DNA of 61,958 bases, counting the filler, from Choristocarpus tenellus KU-1152 (lineage: Eukaryota; Protista; Phaeophyceae): assembly GCA_964200185.2 (NCBI GenBank). It is 12 parts of 12 records of this genome, joined end to end, with 100 filler letters (N's around TTAATTAATTAA, not from the genome) between each part and the next. Parts side by side here need not be neighbours in the genome. Positions count along the whole stretch, not along the records: positions 33,495 to 40,261 come from CAXNAD020007394.1; positions 40,362 to 43,411 come from CAXNAD020022684.1; positions 43,512 to 47,873 come from CAXNAD020014911.1; positions 47,974 to 54,590 come from CAXNAD020007739.1; 8 more parts are not named here. One strand, written 5' to 3'. Of this stretch, positions 37,201 to 48,825 are shown piece after piece. The position numbers and the translations under genes were made by a program. Under the pieces are notes generated by a model. It was not told where the DNA came from and searched no databases. It worked only from the letters and a program-made list of their open reading frames with translations. Position 1 is the first letter of the stretch, and each line of letters begins with the position of its first letter.

Positions 37201-40200
37201 CATATTTTGGGTGCGGTCTGATATGGTGGACGATTCACAGGAACTGTACCTGGTTTAAGTGGAAATTCAACGCTGGTATTATTGCAACAGCCTAGTTCCT
37301 CAGAAGTGAGTGAAAATACAGGTCGATATTTGGCAACAAGGTCAAATAGTTCTTCTTGTTCCTTATCAGATAATACTGTATCTACCAGGACTTTTTTACC
37401 AAAACCTTCTTTAAACTCATCACGGGCTTGTTTAAGCTCCTCTGGAGTGTTTGGAGTAGCCGCTATGGTACTGGTCTGTGCTTCAGAAAGGGTGTGAATA
37501 TGATCCACTGGTGCTATATGAGCTACAACAAATTGAGGAGGTATCTTAACACCATGGTTGGAAGGGTTTGCAATTTTGACTAAGCAAGATCCATCCTCTT
37601 CCCAAACAATTAAAGAATGACTGACCATGATATCTTTCCATGGAGAGTGGTGATGTTCCTGGTTGATGAAGTCCACGCTCATCTTAACAATGGGCTCCAC
37701 TACAGCGTCTTTGGCTGATCCAGATAAGGCCTGAGAACACAATGAAACAACAGTTTTGGTTCCCAGTGGTAAATATGTTTTATGTCTTACATGTACAGGT
37801 ATGGTGAACTCAGGTGAAACTGTAGCCACTGTCATGTTTGTTGAAAAGGTTTGAGCAGTGTTCTGACTGATGGTTGATGGATTAACAATGGGTATAGGAG
37901 AAATTTTTATGAGTGGCTGGGATGCGAACTGTGCTCCCAGAAAATGTTATTTCTTCTCTATCCCAATCCAACTTCGCTCCAAAAGCAGTCATGATACTGT
38001 TGTCCAAAAGTATTTTATCAACACCTAGGGAGGGTAGAACAACTGCTTAAACAGGTAGTGTTTTATTTCCCAAGTTTAATTGAAATTGAACAAAGCCATG
38101 TACTTGCAAAGGTCTTCCCTAGCCCCTTTTAAGTATAAGGCACCATCTGGTATAGAACTGATGTGAGCAGAACAAAGGGTGGGATGAGCTTGCATGTAAC
38201 AATAGCTAATGACCGGGATGTCAGTTGCGGTATCAACTGTCATGTGTGAAACTGAATCATCATCAATTTTGCCAGGAATTGATACTCGACGAGATGAAAC
38301 CTGCAAGGTACAAGGGTGTTTAGAATAATGTTGAATTGCAGATGTACATTAACACACTGACTTGGTGCAACACAAAGGAGATGCTATGAAGTCTTCACCC
38401 ACTGTTCCAATAAATTTAGAAGAATGCGTCACTGCTGAGGATATTATTGCATCAACAAATGAGTTTGAGGCAGTGGATTGTAATTTGGTCATTTTGAGTG
38501 AATAACCCTTGTAGGTTTTTTCACTGCAGGGTTGGAGCCCAAAGAATTGTTCGAACGATGTGATTGAGACAGTGTTTGTTCAAATGCATCATCAAGCAGC
38601 CGATTTGGTGAACAACTTGGTTGGTTGTCCACTTCTGGGTCAGATCCCAAAGAAAAATGGTAAAGATCTGGTGTAGGCAGGTGTTGCCCAAGTCTTGCTT
38701 TTTTTAAGCCTATCTGAGTGACAATTTATCGCAACATTGATCGTTACTGGTAAGGAAACCAAAGGATTAACACATCCTAATTGAGAAGCCCTATCTGACT
38801 CTGACTTTGACCCAACACAAGAACTACTTCTGCCGGGCACCCCTATACACGCTTATTGATTTTCCCATTTCCGTTTGAAGTACCCTGACTAGTCTGATCT
38901 TGGGGAGTAGATTCCTCCATCGAAAAAACTTCTGACATGGCGTTGTGATAGTGAGTTCCCAGACGGATGCATGTATACGAAATTTTGCTAACACAAGTCG
39001 TCTAAGGTTTGCTCACAGATGTCATGTTCTCTAACCGGCACCAATTCTTTTTTGACCGTGGCTAGCGAAAAATCCGAGATCGATATTCGGAAAAAACCGA
39101 GATTAAGTAAGAGACGGCGACACACTGTCTACCATCTTTGTCAGACTCAAATAATTTTATCGACATTAGATCCTTAGCCGATAGGGTATTGAGGATATAA
39201 GATCGGTTGGTTAGTTGAGTTGTGCCTGTATTTATGTGATTGTTTTTTCGACTTCACCGTTGCCGATGCCTGAAGTGCCGAAACCACCAAAGAATGATCC
39301 TGGATCTTCCCAGCCCTGAAGTCCAACAGGATTCTTTCCACATAATCATCGCAAAGGTTTGTCAGTGGAGGTGGATTGTCGGACTCACAGCTTTCCTCCA
39401 GTACCGCAAACCGATTTGTGGATGGGCTGACCGTACTACGGGGGGACTGGTCCCTGGGTTGTGCCCCCACCATCCCGTCTTGCTCAAGTGAGCCTCCTAG
39501 GACACCATCAACAGAATCGGTTGATGGAGTATCGGTATTGGGCCCAGGTGTCTGGCTTGGGGAAGGTGCTGGTTAAGGGGGTCCAGTGGTCTTGGTTTTT
39601 CCCTTATCTTGCTGGTCTCGATTTTTCTTATCCTTGGTTACTTCTCTATATGGTGGATCCATCCCCTTTAGACTGTCGGCGTGAGCACCACTGTCGTGAG
39701 GCAGGGTCCAATCAGTTGTGGGGGATGTTCAGAATCACCAATAGTGTCATGGTGGGGTGCTTCCAGCCAACCCAAAGCTCTCTCAGGCATCAAATATTAG
39801 TAGAAGTTTGAAGAGAATCCCAGATCCACCAGATAACGTCACATCTTGGTGATCGTCAACGGTAAGAAGTCTGAGAATTCTCGAGAGTTCTCTGTGTTTG
39901 ATGTTGGTGGGAACGTCACCAATGACAATGAAATGTGCGTGCAATGCACTTGTGTGTGCGCGCGGATGTGTAGTTGGACTGAGATCGGCTCCTAAAGGGA
40001 CCTGTCCGTCACGGAGATAATCATTAGCAGTAGTCGGAAAAGTAGTTTAGTGTTTGTAAGATATAGTAGAGATACTATCAAGGTTCGGGATCTCCTCGGA
40101 ATAATGTGCAACAAATAGTAATTTGGGTGGTGTGTCTAATTGATCGTTGCTGGTGTAACTTGACTATTACACCGCTGACCACAATGTATCTATGTTATAT

Positions 40201-40261
40201 GTGAATCATGTGATTCTGTGGCGGCGTGGTTCACTCAGGCAAGGGTGGCGAAGAGAATCAC
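34243..40261 (-). mobile_element. Degenerate Ty3/Gypsy LTR retrotransposon with C-terminal chromodomain
   Basis: Minus-strand order: protease (VDTAT), RT (SSSPWASP, PRFCVDFR, KTAFVTPDGKYEFKRLPFG, YLDD), RNase H (FIHLDASNVGMGAFL, LTRWALSLQ), integrase (GRHPTLPID; GSY), chromodomain-like YWLRFRGF...DVW...IPQCAEMIEAY. 5' LTR end about 40185-40261 with putative PBS TGGTCAGCGG. Confidence 0.93.
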
Positions 40262-41253
40262 NNNNNNNNNNNNNNNNNNNNNNNNNNNNNNNNNNNNNNN
40301 NNNNNTTAATTAATTAANNNNNNNNNNNNNNNNNNNNNNNNNNNNNNNNNNNNNNNNNNNNGCTTTTGGTCCAAATGGACACTCTGGTGTAGACGCCCCC
40401 CGCCCCCAGATACTTTGGGTCTCTAGTGATAACTTTCTGAGGTAAGTCTTGTTAACACTGACGGTCTAGTTAGCTATGTTGAAACTGGGTCAAGAAATTT
40501 AATCGCGACGCCACGGCAACAGTTTTTATCATTTTTTTTTGCTCTGCCAAATTAGCAAAATATAATTTAATTTTCAAGGTAAAGTGGCATTTAGTGTATC
40601 GATAAACTTTATATAAATCCAGGCAAAAAACACTGATGTTACTAATTGTGAACCAAATGAAATCTTAAAATTAGACTACTGCCAGAACAACTTCAGAAAA
40701 AAATCGAGAATCCTCTTATGGATTCAATACCATATCTGGTTGAATCAGAGCTTTTCTCGTAGGGTTTATTCCAAAGGTAAAATAGGACCTATGCTTTGAA
40801 ATTCTAAAATACGTCAATTTATCAATGGCAATATATTCCAAATATTGTGTTGCCTTAAACACTTATCCACCCCAAAAAACACACAGAATCTGACCTTACC
40901 ACATCCATGTCGCAGCTTATTTAGACTGATTATATAATGGGATCAAAACATACACACTTTCAACAAGGCTCTACACAGCTGGGTTTGACGCGTTTATATG
41001 CTATGCATAACACATACAGCCTACAACACCCAACAAGACTCCCAAATTCCACACAACCCTGTGAAGAACACTGACCAGACAAGAAGCACCGCTCTACACT
41101 TTACCGTAACAGGAAACACATTTGATCCACTCAATTCCATACACACAGTATAAAGCTTTTCCCATTCTCTGCATATCTATCTAACGTAAACAATAACTAC
41201 TAAGGACAGCAAAAAACGTTCTGGTTCACAGGAAACATTTCCCATCATCTTAC

Positions 41254-42600
41254 CTTGTCCACACTACTTAGTTTAATATGGGGATTGGGATCTGAAAAGA
41301 CCCAAAGTACACGGTCTGGCTCCCATTCCAGCATTCCAGATCCCGGCACTGCCTTGATCACTCGTTCTACTTTTTTGTCGTTGTGGTGATGTACAACCCT
41401 GAAGGTGCAGTGAACAGATAGGTCAAGGCATACCAAGGAGGGAGAGTGTGCTATCTGAAAAGTTGCAGTAGGTAGAATCCCAGCATGCCATACCGAAAGA
41501 AATACACGTTATGTTGTATCCTTAGACCCACCGGAGACCCTCGCGCGCCATCAAATCGCTGAAGGCTTTCATAGCTTCCATGTGCTGCTGGAGTTCAAGC
41601 GTATTCTTTCTCTGCATTTCCATCCTCTCCGCCTCCTCTTCCTGCTCCTTACTGTCATCAATTTCCCATGTATCCTTCCTGGAGAATTTAATGGCCGCAT
41701 TATTACAAATTGCATAGTGCCTATAGGATGTACTTTGAAGTTCATTGAGTTCAAGGTACTTGAATTTCTTTAGTGTATTTTAGATGTTAACAGCGGAAGT
41801 CATAGAGATTGACATAGAGATGGCAATAAATATAGAACCACAAATATATTTTACGAATCAATTGTAGGGTTGCGGTAGTGCATCACACGCCCAGATGTCT
41901 TAAAACTCCTACTACCGAACGTCGGGTTTACTACATCTAAGTATTCCTCACCATATTCAGGAGGGGAAAAACTGCACGTTATAGTCACCTTGAAAAAAAT
42001 GACCAGAAACCTGTAGAACCTGTATTTTCCGTTGTTCCGCTTGTCGTCGTCAGTGCATGATCACCAGATACCACCTAGAGAAATAGATGACAAGATTGGG
42101 TTTCGTGAGGTAGGCATCAATATTGCTGCTAGTAAGGGCATGGTAAACACTTCCAATTGCAAACAAAAAGTCCCCTCAGTTTCCAGTTTACTTCATTGTA
42201 TGGTTGAGGGAAGTGGTGATAAATATAACCTGAGAAGATTGAGTGGGCTAGTACAGTAGATGGTGAACATACAACGAACTCCTCCATGAGCTGATAGGGC
42301 TGATTCCCTACAGTTGATGTCGGAACTAAGTTCGTAAGTTGTGAATCTTCCGCTCTGAACGCAAAAACCCAATGTTATCAACGGCTCACATACCTGAAGG
42401 AAGTTCTTCGCCGCATCACCTTGTACCTCATGCGACTCATCGGCATTCTGGTCCTCTTTCGACCAAGACGTGCAGCATGAATTCAACGAATGCATGGAAG
42501 GAAACTGCCCCATTAACCAGGAGAATCGGCGATTGAAGCGTGGTTCCTGCGGTACAGAGAAGGATCCAGTACACGAAAGGGACTCTAAGCGCCGCAAGTG
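41254..42600 (-). CDS. Unknown protein with coiled region and PH-like domain (partial, 4 exons)
   Basis: Phase-compatible exons 42600-42394, 42074-41989, 41678-41532, 41398-41254; ...LMAREGLRVVHHHNDKKVERVIKAVPGSGMLEWEPDRVLWVFSDPNPHIKLSSVDK resembles the first strands of a PH fold (inference). Confidence 0.6.
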
Positions 42601-43919
42601 CTAGGTCAGGGATCAAGATAGTGGCCTTCACTACTACTTAGAGTGGATCACCTCATCACCTCCCACTTGATCACTTTAGATCAGGGAATGTTCAACACAA
42701 GAGGTATAAGGATATCAATGTAGTTTCATCATTCAATATTTATTGAACTGTGGTTGGTGATCTCACGTTAGACTCTTGACTAAAACATTTGACTCTTTCT
42801 TGACTATAAGAAATCGCTTATCAAAATAGCTATATAGATCATAAGTTATATTTACTCCTATTTATAATATTATATTTCACTAATTGGAATGGTTGGTTCC
42901 CTACCTCCTCAACAGACACTATAGGGGTAACCTATCTTGAAGATAATAGGAAGTTGGTGGTATTATAGTAGTAAAATAGTAAATGATAAAATACATAGAA
43001 AAATGCTTTGGCATATATTTACCACAACTTCTATTTTTTGAGGGGTTCAAATATTTAATTAGCTCTTAATTAGTTTTTCCTTTGACACATCTACTAAACG
43101 TTAGATGGCATAGTAATATATTATTATTATTATGCCCTCTGACATTTTGGATGTGTCAGGGGGGAAACCATCTAAACTATATATGTCGTTATTAGCCCTA
43201 AAGAAATATAATATCCTAAACATAAGAACACTATAAAACATTGTAAGTGTGGAAACCACTAACCAGTTACTTCACCACTATCAAATATTTTACTGTCTTC
43301 CTTATCTTCCCATCTACCTACTCCTGTGCCCCAGGTTGGGAGCTAGGGAGGCATCCCAAGAATCCAACAGACCCATCCATGCCCATCTCCCTGGCGACTC
43401 CAGCTTAAAACNNNNNNNNNNNNNNNNNNNNNNNNNNNNNNNNNNNNNNNNNNNNTTAATTAATTAANNNNNNNNNNNNNNNNNNNNNNNNNNNNNNNNN
43501 NNNNNNNNNNNGCAACATTGGATTTTACCCCCCAAATGGACGCGGCTCTACCCTCTAAGATACTTTGGCTCTATGTTTTATCAGTATTTTTATACTGATG
43601 TTTGTATTGTTGATAGGTCTTCGCTGACGGCGTAGTATTATTGGTGTGTATTCCTGTGGTAGGAGAACAAGCACGCACTTCAATGTGTTTTGTGTTTTTG
43701 TTTTCTTAACCTGTGGATTAATGTTCTTAAAGTATTTAAAAATAAGTTTTGATGTCCAACGGCGAATCATCCGTTACGTCCCCTGCAATATTGTTTTAAG
43801 GAAAGGCGGAGGGCATTCCCTCTTGCTGCTGCTGACGGGTATTACCTCTATACCTCCATGCATATACATACATTATATATATGTATATATAATTGGATAA
43901 CATCCCATTCAATTTTTAA

Positions 43920-43950
<31 letters not shown>

Positions 43951-44230
43951 TGATACTTTCACTACCATGTCAAGACCCCCCTTTTTTCTGTGTACATCCA
44001 GGACAACATGAAGTAGAGTAGTACCTACACAGTAACACACCACACTGTACTTTTTAATTATTTTTTCTGTATCATGTTGTATGCCTCCATACACCCTCCG
44101 CTTTTCCTGCGTGTAAAACGCACATCATTATTTAAAAAAAAATATATATCTTCTTTTTTTTGTTCTTGGGATTCCTCCCGGATGCACGTTATTATTCTTA
44201 TTTTTTTTATTGTTTGTGACGTTGGGACAG

Positions 44231-45172
44231 GTTACCCTCAGGTCTCGCTTAGAAAGCCTTCCCCTTGTAACGGAACTCCGGTCGGAGGCTCTCAAGGAAC
44301 GTCATTGGAGGCCTCTCCTGAGACGGCTGGGTGTGAGGGTGGCCTTGTCTGAGTTGTCTCTGGGTGTTCTTTGGGGTGTGGACCTCGCAGCGCATAAGAA
44401 GAGCATTGGTGATATGGTGCTGTCTGCACAGGGGGAGATGGCCCTGGAGGAGTTTTTGAGACAGGTAAGGGGTGATTTTTGCTGTTGATATTATTACCGT
44501 TATCACTAATAGCGTTATTATTGTTATTATTATCATTGATGTTACCGTTATTATTATTATTATTATTATTGTGACTACTTTTTATCATTGTTACTGTTAT
44601 TATTATTTTATTATTATTATTATTATCATTGCGTCTCCGTTATTATCACTGTTAACATTATTATTATTATTTTATGATTATCGTTGTTGATGTTAGGGTC
44701 TGTATTGAGACTCTTTTTTGATGTGTCCATTAGAGATTAATTAATCTACCTGACATCCTGCGAGACAATCAATAATCTTGATAATCTTGCCTATAATGGG
44801 CGGGTAAGTTTTCTCTTCACACACAGCATATGAGGCATTCTAAAGATATTCAAGAACAAGGTGCACATGACACAGAAAATAAATGAAATGAATAAAATAT
44901 CTGCTTTTCATTTCTAAAGCTCTTGACTGTTGTTTTCTTTGTGGTTGTGTCACTAAGTGGAGTGAATTAATGAAGTGGAAATCTCTAACCACTTCTCTTC
45001 TTGATCGGTGTAGTCACCAATCAGAACCCTTTGGTATTCACAGACCATATTCACCCTTCCGGTTTGGTAGATCTAAAATGGATGGGCACTATAAACAGCC
45101 TCAAGAAAGTCTCTTCAGACCCACCCTTTTTATTTTTGTTTTTATTGTTGTTCCCTTTAATATTTATTATTA

Positions 45173-45207
<35 letters not shown>

Positions 45208-45981
45208 GTTCCCATTATATTATTAGTGTTAGCGTTATTTTTATCACATGTGAAACTGTCTGTTCCTGCCATATATATACTATGTGCTTATTTAAAATCT
45301 ACTCTGATATTTCACCCGTTTCATGATTTTTTCAATGTAAAATACTTACAAAAGATGTAATCAACCTGTTCTCAAGATTGGTGACCTTGACCTTGACCTT
45401 GACCACTCTTACACTTCGTCTACGTTATAACTTTTTTTTTTGTGCAACTGCAAAAAAAAAAAATCATAGTGTCAGTTGGTGATTTACTACATTAGCAACC
45501 TCACAGCCCAGTGACAACCATTGATGACTCCAAGAGTGTTTTTATTCAAGTGTTTTTATTCTGCATTTTTGTATCTGGTATTGCATAGTGAAATTGCCAC
45601 AATATTACCCACCTAAATTGCTTTCCATCACATAGTAACTTTTCTGATACAAAGTAAGATGGTATGGAAGCATGAGGTATGGTGTGTGTGAGTGTGTTTT
45701 GAAACATGAAACACACACAAATGGTATGTGCCTTCCCTATTCCTCAAGACTCATCATAATCTGAATTAAGAATCATCATCATGTGCTCTATCCCACTGAT
45801 TTTTCATGGCAATGTGGTTGACTAGGTGAGGGAGGAGTGGCAGGGGAGGGAGCTGGAGCTGGTATCTTACCAAGGGCGTGTGCAGCTTGTGAAGGGATGG
45901 GACCACCTTTTCTCAAGGCTAGAGGAACATATCAACGGCCTGTCGTCCATGAGAGCATCCCCCCACTTCCATGCAGTACAG
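44231..45981 (+). CDS. DYNC1H1: Cytoplasmic dynein 1 heavy chain, DHC_N2 region (2 exons)
   Basis: Exons 44231-44464 and 45826-45981: ELRSEALKERHW...AQGEMALEEFLRQVREEW..RELELVSYQ..VQLVKGWDHLF..LEEH. Confidence 0.93.
44490..44690. repeat. (TTA)n microsatellite, also about 45160-45210
   Basis: Direct inspection. Confidence 0.9.
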
Positions 45982-46704
45982 GTATGAGGTACACCTTTAT
46001 CGGGACATCCTGTTTTGATTAGGGGGAAGTCTTTTTGGAGGTGCATGTGTCCTATTTGGCTGAACATAGCAATAACAACAATAATAATAGTAGTAATAAT
46101 GATTATGATGTATTAGTGATGGAAAGGACAATGCACAGGCGTGTTTATTGGTACGACTGTTGGTACTTTCTACTGGTTTGTTTTTAGAGTTGAAGTCAGT
46201 GCTGAGAAATGATGCCTTAGTGGTTGATGGAGAGGGCGTAAGTAATACTTGGGTTAGGGTTAGGGTTAGTAATAATTCCCGACACAAGAACAAACTAGAA
46301 CTGGAATGATCGACTGTGATTGCTTTTGTTTGTTTATTTTCTGTGTGGATTGTGTACTCCCACAAATTTCACAAAAAAAAATAGTGTACTCCCCCCGATT
46401 TCACAAAAAAAATAGTGTTAGTTGATGGTCGCCTCTTTGTGCCTCTCTCTCTTAAGCAGCATATATTTTCTTTTTTCTTTAAGTGTTGTTTTGAGGGGGT
46501 GAGCGGCAGGGGGGCGAATTTATAGGTTGAAGTTGTTTTTCTTGAAGTTGATCCAAGTATTTGTTTCATGTCGTAGGTGGGGATGTAATGATGACACTTC
46601 AGAGATGTAGTGGACAGTTTAATATTGAGATATTTGCTTTTTTATTATTTTCATTTGCGTGTGGAGATGGAGATGTGTGTGTATGTTTGATTCCAAGTAA
46701 TAAA

Positions 46705-46965
46705 ATGTATGTACATACATATGTGTGTGTGTATGTACGTATGTGTATTTATGTATGTATGTATGTATGTATGTATGTGTATGTATGTATGTATGTATGT
46801 ATGTATGTATGTGTATGTATGTATATGTATGTATGTGTATGTATGTGTATGTATGTATATGTATGTATGTATGTGTATGTATGTATGTATGTATGTATGT
46901 ATGTATGTGTATGTATGTATGTGTATGTATGTATGTATATGTATGTATGTATGTATGTGTATGCA
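46705..46965. repeat. (GTAT)n/(GT)n compound microsatellite
   Basis: Direct inspection. Confidence 0.95.
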
Positions 46966-48384
46966 TGTACGTTGAAATTTTTAACAGACCTAGGAACAAT
47001 TGCGGAACAAGCAGCACTTTGTTCTTGTGGATTCATGTTTTTTTTCTTCTAACTTTTTTTGTTTGTTTCAACATATTATCATAAGAAAATAAATGGTTCG
47101 ATATTTTTTTGAAGTACCAAATTCAGGATATGAATACATTCACATGTGTGTGTGTGTGCGTGTGTGTATTTTGAGTGTACTGTGTAGTCTTCACTTTGCT
47201 TTTATTTATCTGTAAGGTGGTCCTATTTTCTAGTACAGTAGCATACATATGTGTATGTATATATATATATATCTTTCTTTTACAATGGATTATCTGTTCT
47301 CAATTTTGTTTGCATTGTGTCGGTTGATCTTGAAACGCCTCTCTTTTTTGGTGATGGCTCTTGATTGTATTCAACCGGCAATGGTAGACATGCAATACAA
47401 ACGACGAGCTGGTCGGTCTGCAATGAAAATAATAAAAAGATAAGAATAGTGAGGAGGATCCGATCAATATCTGGAAGCAAGATATATATATATATATATA
47501 TATTTTTGGAACTGCTAAGGTGAAAATTTGAATACTAAATGAGTACTTTTTAATATTTTTTAAGATAGAGATCCCCCCTTTGTTGGGTTAATACCATACC
47601 ATCATAGCCATAGCATTTCAGTGAACCATCATATCTAGTTGGAGGCTCGAAGCCCTAGGTTCACCTTTCCAAAACAGGTGATACAAATCATACCTACCTC
47701 TTTTTGTATGCAATAGACACCTGTCCAAGGTCAGAACATTTTTTTGTTAGTTGATTCTAATTTTTTTTCGAAGCACACATCTTTTCATTACTAGAGTATA
47801 AATCAGATACAAATTCCAACCATAATTTTAAATTTTCAACATTTTTTTTTTGGGGTGGGGTTGGTGGGGGGGGNNNNNNNNNNNNNNNNNNNNNNNNNNN
47901 NNNNNNNNNNNNNNNNNTTAATTAATTAANNNNNNNNNNNNNNNNNNNNNNNNNNNNNNNNNNNNNNNNNNNNGGAATATGTGGTGGCGGCCCCCCCCCC
48001 CCCCCCAAGATACTTTGGGTCTCAAGTCAATGTACTCAAGTCAATGTATTCAAGTCAATATACTCAAGTAATTGCAAAAAGTTAAAGTTGTTGCCATCCC
48101 TCAATTGCCATTGAGCTACTTGATGCCCATTTCTTTTATGGGTAAGAAGGAGGTTCCGTGAAAGCAATAAAACTCCCCTCCCCCAAGCAGAGATCTTTTG
48201 TGAATGTCCAGATTTTGTAGTCAAAATGGGTGTCAGTTTTGACAATGTCCACTTGTGTAGTATACTGGAGTGCTCTTGTGATTTTTCAACATCAAACTAC
48301 AAGTCCAGTTTGAGGTTTGAAAATCTGCTTCTTTGAGGGGTTTTATACAATACAATAGATCAGGAACATGCTCTCCTGCACTGT

Positions 48385-48644
48385 GAGTCAAAGGAAACGA
48401 GGGGTACCGGGTTTTTGGCAGTTTTGCATTATAAGCCATTTTTTGTTCTCTTACAATTCACCTATATTTCTATGGATGAAGTGCCAAGTTTGACTTGAGA
48501 GGGTTTGCTTCTCTATTGTTTGGTACTTTTCGACACAATTCAAAAAATATTCTACGCACAATTATATTTTGAAAGTCGAACTTTGCCACTTATTTCCAGC
48601 ATCCTTAAAATACAACTCTGGGTACCTCCCGTATACTTTGACTC
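48385..48644 (+). mobile_element. MITE family D (second copy 51174-51458)
   Basis: GAGTCAAAG...GGGGTACC / GGTACCTC...TACTTTGACTC; shared interior TTTCTATGGATGAAGTGC; apparent 3-bp TSDs TGT and AGA. Confidence 0.75.
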
Positions 48645-48825
48645 TGTAGTTGAATCAGTTTATAGTTTCTCAAAACCACTTGGCACCAAGCTGCTAGGGG
48701 TAGCGTACAAGTAGACCAGGAGAGTAAACACCATTCCATATATTGGACGAGGACTATTTGGGTGAATATTGACTTCTCGTGTTTTGAACTATTTCAACAT
48801 TCACCCTATCATGGTACTTTTACAG

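Noticed and set aside
42030-42229. Possible in-frame TGA (selenocysteine or readthrough) if mini-exon 42229-42192 is included
   Set aside because: Skipping the mini-exon gives a fully open, phase-compatible model
46561-47084. Long MYVC/HTYI ORFs, and the poly-I, poly-P and poly-G ORFs elsewhere
   Set aside because: Translations of microsatellites and homopolymers
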